DNA of 64,000 bases from Pseudomonadota bacterium (lineage in GTDB: Bacteria; Desulfobacterota; Desulfobulbia; Desulfobulbales; JAGXFP01), in assembly GCA_018823285.1 (NCBI GenBank), contig JAHJIQ010000007.1, positions 4,536-68,535 of the forward strand. The letters run 5' to 3'. Below the pieces are notes generated by a model. It saw nothing but the letters and a program-made list of their open reading frames with translations, did no database searches and was not told where the DNA came from. Position 1 is the first letter of the stretch. The number at the start of each line of letters is the position of its first letter. This document shows positions 44,975 through 53,049 of this stretch, in pieces. Made by a program: the position numbers and the translations under genes.

Positions 44975-46720
44975 TTATCCTCCTTGCAGGATGAGCGTGA
45001 ATTTGCTGCCTTGCCCTTCGGTGCTTTCCAGGACAAGATCGCCCCGGTGCTCCCTGGCGATCTTTTTGGAAATGGCCAGGCCCAGGCCGGTGCCCCTGGT
45101 CTTGGTGGTATAAAAAGGATTGAAGACATGTCTGATTTTGTCCGGGGCGATGCCCGATCCGTCATCTTCTACAACAAGATGGACTTTTCCCTGGACGGCA
45201 AGTGTCGAAATAGAGACCTTGCCATCCCGGTCGATGGCGTCAAAGGCATTGATCAGCAGATTGATCAGCACCTGCTTGATCTGGTTCTGGTCACAATGAA
45301 CGGGTGGAAGCGAGGAGTCGATATCGGAAACGAGAGTGATGCCATGGCTTCTGGCCTCTTCACCCAGCAGGGAAAGGGTGGTGCGGACAATCTCGCCCAG
45401 GTCGTTCGGGGCCAGCTCCTGGACCATGGGTTTGGCAAAACCGAGCAATGTCCCGGTCAGCTTGTTGATGCGTGAAACCTCATCGCTAATGACCCCGGTG
45501 AACTCTTCGATAAGGCTGCCGCTGTAGTTTTTCCGGATATAACCTGCCGCCCCGCCGATGGCGTTTAGCGGGTTTTTGATCTCATGGGCGAGGGTTGCCG
45601 CGAGCTCCCCGGTTGCGGCGAGCCGGCACAATCTTTCCTGCTCGTCGACGGCGTGGCCGAGTTTCATGACCATTTCATTGAAGGCGTTCGACAACTCGCC
45701 AATTTCATCGGTCCCGGAAACCGGGATGTTTCTGTTGAAACCTTCGTCGACCAGCCGGTCGACGGAATTTTTGAGAAGGAGGATCGGTCGGACAAGTCTG
45801 ATGATCAGCCCCAGGCCGAAAACAAGGGTGGCCGCAAAAGAGATCAGCATCAGGATGAAAACCAGCAGCCTCCGGCCTTCAAGGTCGAGGGGGCTTATGT
45901 TCTCGTAAAAAATTACCGTGCCGAAGAGAATCAGGGGGACGGCGGTCAGGAGACTGAAGGCGGTCAGGGCCCGGAAGAGAATGCTTGAGCCGAGAGTGGT
46001 GAAGGTCGTCCGGTTGATGCTGAAGAGGAGAATCATAAAGCCTACCGGCCGGAACAGATGCCCGTGCAGCCAGACGGCAGAGCCTATGGGGGCCGGGAAG
46101 AAAAGGAAGGTTGCAGAAATGCAGAGCAGGAGAAAACCGATTGCCGACCAGAGAATTTCTATTTTGCGGGTCCGGTAAAATGCGGCAAAGAGCAGCATGC
46201 AGACCAGCCCGCTTAAATAGGCGACACTGATCCAGACCAGCGGTCGGAACTGGCCGAAGATCGGGAATTTCTCGTAAATATCGGGAACCAGAAAGCCAAG
46301 CAGGGGCAGATAACAGAGCAGAAGGATCTTTTTCCGACCGGGATTTTCAGAAGAGATGGCCACGATAAAGGTCAGGAGGCCGAAACAATATCCCAGCAGG
46401 GTCTGGTACAGGAGGTTCAGGTTCAGGTGGTTCAGGTGGATAACCGCATGGAAGAAGCTGCTGATCCCTAAAATCAGGAAGGAGGCGGAGAAAAGCATCG
46501 CCCGGCTCTTGTGAACATGATCAAGGCCGGGGGTTCGGTGATGCATCAGGATAAATCTGGTGGCGATGATCAGACAGATTGAAGCGATAAGAAATTCCTC
46601 GCCCGTGTGATAATCGAGCAGGAATCCTTTATCGGTATAGTAGGAGGGCCAGTTCATCAAGAATTTGCTTTTCTCCTGATATTTTTTGCATGGACGGGAA
46701 ACCAAAAATGCACAATCCAT
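44975..46720 (-). CDS. Membrane sensor histidine kinase (multi-TM sensor, HAMP, HisKA, HATPase_c)
   Basis: About 8 TM helices, then HAMP-like, ATLAHEIKNPL (H-box) and GTGLGLAISKKIA (G2 box). An alternative start at 46657 (MNWPSYY) is possible. Confidence 0.85.
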   Translation of the reverse strand: MDCAFLVSRPCKKYQEKSKFLMNWPSYYTDKGFLLDYHTGEEFLIASICLIIATRFILMHHRTPGLDHVHKSRAMLFSASFLILGISSFFHAVIHLNHLNLNLLYQTLLGYCFGLLTFIVAISSENPGRKKILLLCYLPLLGFLVPDIYEKFPIFGQFRPLVWISVAYLSGLVCMLLFAAFYRTRKIEILWSAIGFLLLCISATFLFFPAPIGSAVWLHGHLFRPVGFMILLFSINRTTFTTLGSSILFRALTAFSLLTAVPLILFGTVIFYENISPLDLEGRRLLVFILMLISFAATLVFGLGLIIRLVRPILLLKNSVDRLVDEGFNRNIPVSGTDEIGELSNAFNEMVMKLGHAVDEQERLCRLAATGELAATLAHEIKNPLNAIGGAAGYIRKNYSGSLIEEFTGVISDEVSRINKLTGTLLGFAKPMVQELAPNDLGEIVRTTLSLLGEEARSHGITLVSDIDSSLPPVHCDQNQIKQVLINLLINAFDAIDRDGKVSISTLAVQGKVHLVVEDDGSGIAPDKIRHVFNPFYTTKTRGTGLGLAISKKIAREHRGDLVLESTEGQGSKFTLILQGG

Positions 46721-46981
46721 ACCACAATGTATGGAACAGTATTACAGCCCGGTTGTCAATTTTCAGATCGGTTGATGCTTCTTCTCCGAGCCATGACGTG
46801 TGGCATGTTGATGCCAGCATTCAGCGCTCAGGACACTGTTTCTGCCGACCTCGTCTGGGCCTTTTCGCACATCCAGGATTGTCTTGCTGTGCCGAATGGC
46901 ACAATACCGCCCTGGCAGAGATGTGGTGAGAGGCATGTTCTCTCCGCATGTGGAGCCGGTTGCGGGTCAGAAGATTCCTCT

Positions 46982-46997
46982 TGGCATTATCTTTGCA
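46982..46997 (+). promoter_or_regulatory. Sigma-54 (-24/-12) promoter upstream of the tusA-like/dsrE-like genes
   Basis: TGGCAT-TATCT-TTGCA has the exact GG-N10-GC spacing of the TGGCAC-N5-TTGCW consensus. It lies 84 nt upstream of ATG 47081. Confidence 0.7.
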
Positions 46998-47080
46998 AAA
47001 TTCACAGATCGGCAGGGGGGTTGATTTTAAACGAGCCTGTGAATAGATGCCGGGCGTTCGGCTTTCTGGAGAAACAGCGG

Positions 47081-47317
47081 ATGGGTGAGGCGAAAAAAAT
47101 TGACAGGGTGCTCGATCTCTCCGGAATGCTTGGTCCCAATCCGAGCCTGATCACCAGAAAGAGGCTTGGTGACCTGGTCCGGGGTGAAACTCTGGAGGTG
47201 ATATGCAGTGAGCGTTCCGTCCGGAAGGCGATTCTGGCTCTCTGCCGAAACAGTCTTTATGAAGTTATTGAGACCAGGGAGGAAAACGGGCTCTCAAGTT
47301 TTATAATCAGGAAATAA
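47081..47317 (+). CDS. TusA/SirA-fold protein lacking the conserved CP cysteine
   Basis: 78 aa. RVLDLSGMLGPNPSLITRKRL...GETLEVI...SSFIIRK matches the TusA pattern LDxxGLxCPxP, but Cys is replaced by Gly (codon GGT, not TGA). Confidence 0.65.
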   Translation: MGEAKKIDRVLDLSGMLGPNPSLITRKRLGDLVRGETLEVICSERSVRKAILALCRNSLYEVIETREENGLSSFIIRK

Positions 47318-47376
47318 TATGTGCCATCCTCCTTCATCAGGCCGGCCTGGTTTGGCGGCAGCAGGAAGGCCCTCGA

Positions 47377-47415
47377 CATGCCCGGCGGAAAGTCTTGGCC
47401 GCCGGGCATGTTTTC
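47377..47415 (+). terminator. Strong hairpin with a T-tract between the tusA-like and dsrE-like genes (terminator/attenuator candidate)
   Basis: Perfect 12-bp stem CATGCCCGGCGG / CCGCCGGGCATG, 10-nt loop, followed by TTTTCCC. Confidence 0.55.
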
Positions 47416-47466
47416 CCGGTTGGTGAAAACGGCTGCATGTATGGCGGATGGATTATGGAGGCGGTG

Positions 47467-47739
47467 ATGACCAAAAAAATTGCGGTGCTGGTCAGAGACA
47501 GGCAGGGTGAAGCCCTGAGAATGGCGGTCGGGATCATCCTGATGGATGACGAGATTGATGTCTATGTGCTTGACCGGAAGATTGATGAATCGGGAAACAA
47601 TGGGCTCTATCTGGAGACCATCAAAGACATGGAGATGAATGCGTATTCCAATGTGAAGGACAACGTGGGGCTTGCGTATCTTACCGATGAGGAGATCGGG
47701 ATCAGGCTCCCGGAGTATGACCACGTACTTGCCTATTGA
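47467..47739 (+). CDS. DsrE/DsrF/DsrH-fold-like small protein (no Cys)
   Basis: MTKKIAVLVRDRQGEALRMAVGIILMDDEIDVYVLD is a Rossmann-like beta-alpha start typical of the DsrE/F/H family. RBS ggagg. Confidence 0.45.
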   Translation: MTKKIAVLVRDRQGEALRMAVGIILMDDEIDVYVLDRKIDESGNNGLYLETIKDMEMNAYSNVKDNVGLAYLTDEEIGIRLPEYDHVLAY

Positions 47740-47796
47740 TTACAAACGGGGTGCCGGTTACGCGACTGGCCGATCATGAAAAAAGGAGACAGGGGT

Positions 47797-47964
47797 ATGA
47801 CCATTTTGTACCTGCTGAAGGGAAAACCGGATCCTACCTTGCAGAAAATTCTGACTGCACAGAAAAAACTCCACAAGATCGAAACCATAGATCTTGAGCA
47901 AAACAGGGAGTATGGCAGGATCGTCGCGGCAATTGCCGCCGCCGATCGGGTCGTTTCTTGGTAG
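47797..47964 (+). CDS. Small protein (55 aa), possibly DsrH/TusB-like
   Basis: MTILYLLKGKPD... with RBS aaggaga, between two DsrE-family-like genes. Confidence 0.35.
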   Translation: MTILYLLKGKPDPTLQKILTAQKKLHKIETIDLEQNREYGRIVAAIAAADRVVSW

Positions 47965-47999
47965 CCTGCAGCTGAGAATAATTATTTAGGGAGCAGGGT

Positions 48000-48302
48000 A
48001 TGAAACTCGGTATACTGGTGAATACGGACAAGTGCTTTCAGGCTCTTTCGGGAATCACCCGGGCCGCGAGCGACAAGGGGCACGAAGTGACCATCTTTGC
48101 CATGGACGAAGGGACAAGGCTTCTGGAAGATCCGGAATGCCTCTCTCTCTCGGGACTGGCCAGGGTGTCGATGAGCTACTGCGATCACAGCGCCATCGAG
48201 CTGGGTGTCAATAAAGAGGGGGTTCCCGAAGCGATTGAACGCAGCAGTCAGTACAATAACGCCGCAATGAACCATAATGCGGACAAGGTGATTGTTCTGT
48301 GA
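48000..48302 (+). CDS. DsrE/TusD-family-like sulfur-relay protein
   Basis: MKLGILVNTDK...VTIFAMDEGTRLL...VSMSYCDHSAIELG...NADKVIVL matches the family pattern, including the conserved Cys region. Confidence 0.55.
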   Translation: MKLGILVNTDKCFQALSGITRAASDKGHEVTIFAMDEGTRLLEDPECLSLSGLARVSMSYCDHSAIELGVNKEGVPEAIERSSQYNNAAMNHNADKVIVL

Positions 48303-48326
48303 TCCTGATGGGGGGATTTTCCTGGC

Positions 48327-49988
48327 GTGGGCAAGCTCAAGGTACTTGAAAGCGTCCTGCTTCTCTCAGTTGTCACGCTGCTCGTTTTTCCGATTCTTTA
48401 TATCTGTCGTTTTCTGGATACCAACACCCTGGTCAGCTGGCGCTGGGTCTTTGCCACGGTCCCGGCGTCCTGGGTCATGGTGTGGCTCCTGGCAGCCGTT
48501 GTGTGTTCCGTTCTTGTTTCATGGTGGGTTCCTCTGGAGAGGTACCCCGGTCCATTTCTGTTTTTCCTCGCCATTCCGGTGATCCTGCCCTTGTGGTCCG
48601 AACCCGAACTGTTGCTCGATTCCGGGCGCTATTTTCTCCAGGCCAGGCACCTGGCCGAGTATGGATTCTTATATTTTGTCCGGGAATGGGGCAGGGAGAT
48701 TCCCACCTGGACAGATCTTCCTTTGATCCCGATGCTGTACGGCTTGATTTTTAAAATGAGTGGTGAGTCAAGAATTGCCATCCAGTGCTTCACCACCCTT
48801 CTTTTCGCTCTGACCACGGTGCTTACGGCAAAAATCGGTGAAGAGCTTTGGGACCGGGAGACCGGTTTTTATGCGGGGATGATGCTTTTCGGCATGCCTT
48901 ATCTCATGACCCAGGTGGTGTTGATGCTGGTGGATGTTCCGGCAATGTTTTTCCTGGTCCTGGCCCTGCACCTCTTTCTGCTGGCGATTTCCAGGGGTGG
49001 CGGCTGGATGGCGATGTCGGTTTCGGCGATTGTTTTTGCGATGCTCGCCAAATATTCGCTGTGGCCGATGCTCTTGGTGCTGCCCCTTTCGGCCCTGTTC
49101 TGCAAGGGTCCGGATCGGCGAACAAGTATCTGCCGGGCCGGGGTGGTCCTGTTTGCCGCTGCGAGCGTAGCGGCCTTAATGATTGTCTTGAAATTCTCTC
49201 TTTTCTCCGGGCAGCTGGAGATTTTGCTGCAATATCAGAAGCCGGCCCTGAAGCTCTGGCGGGAGGGGTATTTCTCCACGTTCTTTTTCCAGATCAGTCC
49301 ATTGGTATCCATTCTTGCCCTCTGGGCGCTGTACCGGGCCTGGCGGACCGGCAACCGGCAGGTGCTGATCGCAACATTTTTTGCGGTCATGGTTTTCGGC
49401 CTGCAGATGAAGCGGATCCGCTACATTATCCCCCTGTTGCCTCTGCTGGCCCTCCTGGCTTCCTTTGGTTTGCAGGCGATCAGGGAGAAAATGGTCCGCC
49501 GCTTTGCCGCCCTTGTCATTGTCTCCTATTCGCTGGTGATTGCCTATACCGGTTACCTGCCGTTTTTTAAAACCACAAGCATGATGAACATTATGGAGGC
49601 AGGCCGTTTTCTCGATACACTGCCGGGAGATACCGTTGAGCTGCTGGCATTGCCCCAGAGGACCTCGGGTGGCAATACTGTTCTTGCCATTCCTCAGCTC
49701 GATCTCTTCACCGCTAAAAAGATCGTCAGTCGACAGGACTGGATGGGTGGAGAGGAAGGGTTGTGGTCTTCTTTTGCGCCGCTGCTCTTCTCGTGGCAGA
49801 TTGCCAGGCCTCCTTTCTACCGGCCCGAAGTCGGGGGCGCACCTCTTCCGCTGGTGGTCATCGCAGACACCACTCTGCCTGAAAACGTCGCGGCCGCTGC
49901 CGGTATCGGAGCAAAGATTTTGAAAAAAAAATTCGTAAGCGCGCCCGGTGTTTTCAGATTTCAGACCAATGTTTTTGTCTATGATTGA
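48327..49988 (+). CDS. GT39/ArnT-like (PMT_2) membrane glycosyltransferase
   Basis: 553 aa, at least 10 TM helices. The N-terminal loop with DSGRYF...EYGF is typical of the dolichyl/undecaprenyl-phosphate-sugar glycosyltransferase C fold. GTG start. Confidence 0.6.
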   Translation: MGKLKVLESVLLLSVVTLLVFPILYICRFLDTNTLVSWRWVFATVPASWVMVWLLAAVVCSVLVSWWVPLERYPGPFLFFLAIPVILPLWSEPELLLDSGRYFLQARHLAEYGFLYFVREWGREIPTWTDLPLIPMLYGLIFKMSGESRIAIQCFTTLLFALTTVLTAKIGEELWDRETGFYAGMMLFGMPYLMTQVVLMLVDVPAMFFLVLALHLFLLAISRGGGWMAMSVSAIVFAMLAKYSLWPMLLVLPLSALFCKGPDRRTSICRAGVVLFAAASVAALMIVLKFSLFSGQLEILLQYQKPALKLWREGYFSTFFFQISPLVSILALWALYRAWRTGNRQVLIATFFAVMVFGLQMKRIRYIIPLLPLLALLASFGLQAIREKMVRRFAALVIVSYSLVIAYTGYLPFFKTTSMMNIMEAGRFLDTLPGDTVELLALPQRTSGGNTVLAIPQLDLFTAKKIVSRQDWMGGEEGLWSSFAPLLFSWQIARPPFYRPEVGGAPLPLVVIADTTLPENVAAAAGIGAKILKKKFVSAPGVFRFQTNVFVYD

Positions 49989-50192
49989 TTTCGGGAATGA
50001 TCCCTTCTTTCAGCTGTTCTAATGCGGCCATTCAGCCGGATCGGCTGGCCCATTCGGGACAGCCGTCTGTTTCTGAAATACTCCCTGCAAAAAGCAGCCG
50101 GGGTTCTTCTGCCGGCACCGTTCCCTCTATCTTCCGATAAAAAGGGCTGATTCGTCGCCTGGGCGGGTGATCTCTCCGGAGAAAAAGTCCCG

Positions 50193-50208
50193 TGGCATGA
50201 ACATTGCT
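50193..50208 (+). promoter_or_regulatory. Sigma-54 (-24/-12) promoter upstream of the yeeE/yedE-like gene
   Basis: TGGCAT-GAACA-TTGCT with exact consensus spacing, 90 nt upstream of ATG 50298. Confidence 0.7.
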
Positions 50209-50297
50209 CAAGATCCATGATGCGAGGGCGGATGCCCGCTATTGGAATCAGCAAAATGAAAACCGGTGTTGATCCGCACATATCTTAGGAGGAAGGA

Positions 50298-51731
50298 ATG
50301 GAAATTATTATCCCAAGAAGGAACGTTGTCTGGGCCTACGTTATTGTCGGCTTCTTCAGCCTGATAAGCGTGGTGACCTTCGCAATCCACGAATATTACA
50401 TCTACCTCTCGGCCTACCTCTGGTTCGGATTTATCTACGGCATGTGCCTGCAGTACGGCAGGTTCTGCTTTGCCTCGGCCTTCAGGGACCTTTTTGCGGT
50501 GGGCGTTCCGCGAATGGTCGTCGGAATCATGATCGCGACCCTTCTCTTTGCCATCACCTCGGCCTTTGTTTCGGCCACCGGCTGGAGCACCTTCCATGCG
50601 GCCCCGGTCAGTTTTCACGCCACCATTGCCGGCCTGATTTTCGGGGTCGGGATGGTCTTCGCCGGCGGTTGCGCTTCCGGGTCGCTGTACAAGACCGGGG
50701 AGGGCAACGGGGTCTCGCTGCTGGTGATCCTCTCGATCAGTGTTACCCAGTCTCTCTTTGTCGACTGGGGCGGGATCCTCAACAGACTGGTCCCCCAGGC
50801 CTGGCATGAATCGGCCCTTAAAAAGGGGCTCCCCGATTCGATCAATGTCGGTGATGGGTTTATCGACCAGTATCTCGCCGGGTATGTCTGGGACCAGCCG
50901 GTCATGACCTATGCCCAGAGCCTCGGCATGAAAGACGACACCCTTTCCGGAGCGCTGCTGGGCAATGCCCTGGCCGGAGTTTTCGTTCCCGCCCTGATCA
51001 TCCTCTTGATCGTCTATTTTTTCTGGGTCAAGAAAAACTATGTCCGGAAGCTGCAGAAGGAGAAAGGCGGGAATATTACTCTCAAAGATCATCTGCACGG
51101 CTTCTGGGGCATGATCATGGCCTCCAAAAGGACCTCGATTGCAGGGCTGCTGCTGGGGATCGCCTGCGGTCTGCAGATGTTTGTCATCGAAGGCATGCGG
51201 ATGAAATTCGGGGTCAAAAATGCCGGCACCCTGCTGGTGAGGCTTGGCCATGACTACGGGATTTCGGCCAAAGGGACCGTGTTTGACCCCGGCTACTGGT
51301 ATGTGACCACCCAGGAAGCACAGTGGGTCGGGTGGATGCTGCAGAAGCTCGGGATGGAGAATATGGACAATATCTATTTTGGCTGGGTGAACGGCATTCC
51401 GAGCCCGGCCATCAACCCCGCCGACTGGATGTCGGTTGCCCTGATCGGCGGTGCTGCGGTCATGGCGCTCCTGCACGGAGAATTCAAGTTCAAGGCTCCG
51501 ACTTTAGAGCTTGCGGTCTGGGCCATTATCGGCGGCGCCCTGATGGGGATCGGTTCCAGGCTGGCCCTGGGGTGTAATGTCGGGGCGTTTTTTGTCCGGA
51601 CCGCCATGGGCGATATGTCCGGCTGGCTGTTCGGCCTCGGCATGATCGGCGGGGCCTATATCGGGGTCAAGTTTTTTAACTGGTACACGGAGCGGAAGAT
51701 GGCCGGCGAGATGGCCGGTTTCGATTTATAG
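50298..51731 (+). CDS. YeeE/YedE-family membrane transporter (thiosulfate/sulfur- or selenium-compound uptake family)
   Basis: Two halves with conserved Cys loops (FAGGCASGSLYK, LALGCNVGAFF). 477 aa. RBS aggagg. Confidence 0.8.
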   Translation: MEIIIPRRNVVWAYVIVGFFSLISVVTFAIHEYYIYLSAYLWFGFIYGMCLQYGRFCFASAFRDLFAVGVPRMVVGIMIATLLFAITSAFVSATGWSTFHAAPVSFHATIAGLIFGVGMVFAGGCASGSLYKTGEGNGVSLLVILSISVTQSLFVDWGGILNRLVPQAWHESALKKGLPDSINVGDGFIDQYLAGYVWDQPVMTYAQSLGMKDDTLSGALLGNALAGVFVPALIILLIVYFFWVKKNYVRKLQKEKGGNITLKDHLHGFWGMIMASKRTSIAGLLLGIACGLQMFVIEGMRMKFGVKNAGTLLVRLGHDYGISAKGTVFDPGYWYVTTQEAQWVGWMLQKLGMENMDNIYFGWVNGIPSPAINPADWMSVALIGGAAVMALLHGEFKFKAPTLELAVWAIIGGALMGIGSRLALGCNVGAFFVRTAMGDMSGWLFGLGMIGGAYIGVKFFNWYTERKMAGEMAGFDL

Positions 51732-51854
51732 CTTAAGTTGAACTGCTCGTTTGCTCATACCGATACGTGAGCTTGCGAGACATCGAGACTTCTATCCGAA
51801 GGGTGAATAACAATTTAGCATTTTGAAGAATAAGCTGAAAACGGAGGTACAACC

Positions 51855-52106
51855 ATGGCTATGACATTTGCAAAAAAAGAAGAAGGCGTCTACACCCTCG
51901 ATGTGACCGGGTATGTCTGCCCGCATCCCCAGATCTATACCAAGAAGGCCCTTGAAAAGATCCGGAGCGGCGAAATGCTGGAAGTGATTTTCGATAACCC
52001 CTCTTCATCAGAATCGGTTTCCGCCATGTGTGATAACAACGGCAACGATATCGTCGAGAAAAATTCGGATGGCGGCCGGTATGTATTCAAAATTGTCAAA
52101 GGCTGA
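51855..52106 (+). CDS. TusA/YeeD/YedF-type sulfurtransferase with an intact Cys-Pro motif
   Basis: LDVTGYVCPHPQIYTKKALEKIRSGEMLEVIFDN... is a canonical TusA-fold signature, directly downstream of the YeeE-like gene. Confidence 0.8.
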   Translation: MAMTFAKKEEGVYTLDVTGYVCPHPQIYTKKALEKIRSGEMLEVIFDNPSSSESVSAMCDNNGNDIVEKNSDGGRYVFKIVKG

Positions 52107-52155
52107 GAGCGCTGTTTTGTAGCTGCAGTAGAGAAAAAAAAGAGGAGGAGCACAC

Positions 52156-52341
52156 ATGAAACAGCATCTTATGATCATCATCGCCATAGTGGTCGGTTTC
52201 AGCACTTTTATGCTGGGCTACAGCCTGCCGCCGTTTCTGGAGGTTGGCTTTGGAGATGGTGCCGGTATCGAGGGCGGGGTTGCTCCCGATTCGGAACTGC
52301 TGAAGCAGTATGAAAATCTTTACAAGAGCGAAGAGGAATAA
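52156..52341 (+). CDS. Small single-TM protein, paralog A
   Basis: RBS aggagg. N-terminal TM (IIIAIVVGFSTFMLGY), Gly-rich linker, C-terminus LLKQYENLYKSEEE. Confidence 0.5.
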   Translation: MKQHLMIIIAIVVGFSTFMLGYSLPPFLEVGFGDGAGIEGGVAPDSELLKQYENLYKSEEE

Positions 52342-52352
52342 GGAGGAGCGGG

Positions 52353-52556
52353 ATGAAATCGGGCCAGTTTTTTTTGATCGTGACGATTATCGCCGGAGCC
52401 TGCTTTTTCGGAGGCTACAAGCTTTCTGCCAACACCGGAACCGAACCGGGCTATTTTGGCGCGGTTGAGGCTGCCGGATACGGTGGCGGTGGTGACAAGA
52501 TCGAAGGCGTTACTGATGAGATGAGCAAATATTACAAGTCACTGCAGGAAGAATAG
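52353..52556 (+). CDS. Small single-TM protein, paralog B
   Basis: RBS aaggagg. N-terminal TM (FFLIVTIIAGACFFGGY), Gly-rich linker, C-terminus MSKYYKSLQEE. Same architecture as the preceding gene. Confidence 0.5.
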   Translation: MKSGQFFLIVTIIAGACFFGGYKLSANTGTEPGYFGAVEAAGYGGGGDKIEGVTDEMSKYYKSLQEE

Positions 52557-52584
52557 ACCTTCCCCAATCAAATGGAGATACCCC

Positions 52585-53049
52585 GTGAAAAACATTTTAC
52601 TTGCGGTGGATGACACCAGGAGTTCCATCAGAACATGTGAAATATTGATCGATGTTCTGGGTGGTTGCCTGCCGGAGCATGTTGTCCTGCTATATGTAGA
52701 GAAAATTGAAGGCGGCTCAATAATGGATGATCTCCTGCTCAGCGATTCAGAGGTCAACACCTTGAGGAAATCTCTGCAGGGCACCGAGCACCAGGAAATG
52801 ATGGACAAAAAAGCCCGTAAAATTCTCGAGTATTACGCAAAGATGCTGGCCGGAAAAGGTATTTCGGCTGTGAAGAAAATTGTCCGGGCAGGACATCCGG
52901 CTGAGGAGATCATGGCGGCAGCCGAGGAGGAAAAGGTCGGCATGATTGTCATGGGCTCCCGCAGTCAGCGGCTGCACACGCTGTTCATGGGCAGCGTCAG
53001 CCGGGAAGTGGCAAACAATGCGAAAATCCCGGTTCTGTTGTTGCGATGA
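52585..53049 (+). CDS. Universal stress protein (UspA family)
   Basis: MKNILLAVDD...GMIVMGSRSQ...GSVSREVANNAKIPVLLL, with the typical USP ATP-binding G-x2-G-x9-GS motif. Confidence 0.85.
   Translation: MKNILLAVDDTRSSIRTCEILIDVLGGCLPEHVVLLYVEKIEGGSIMDDLLLSDSEVNTLRKSLQGTEHQEMMDKKARKILEYYAKMLAGKGISAVKKIVRAGHPAEEIMAAAEEEKVGMIVMGSRSQRLHTLFMGSVSREVANNAKIPVLLLR

Noticed and set aside
46801-46816. TGGCATGTTGATGCCA as a fourth sigma-54 promoter
   Set aside because: The GG-to-GC spacing is one nt short on either strand. The sequence is a perfect palindrome (TGGCAT-N4-ATGCCA), so it is more plausibly a regulator binding site than a -24/-12 element. This remains unproven.
46607-47317. 236-aa plus-strand ORF spanning the divergent intergenic region
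   Set aside because: Only the last 78 codons (from ATG 47081) look like a protein (TusA fold). The upstream part covers the sigma-54 promoter and the kinase gene start and has no RBS.
47081-47317. A possible fifth selenoprotein (TusA-like with Sec at the CP motif)
   Set aside because: The codon at the Cys position is GGT (Gly), not TGA, and no in-frame TGA is present in this gene.
50208-51476. 422-aa minus-strand ORF
   Set aside because: It is antisense to the well-supported YeeE/YedE-family gene. Its composition is low-complexity and Gly/Pro/Asp/His-rich, typical of a shadow ORF.
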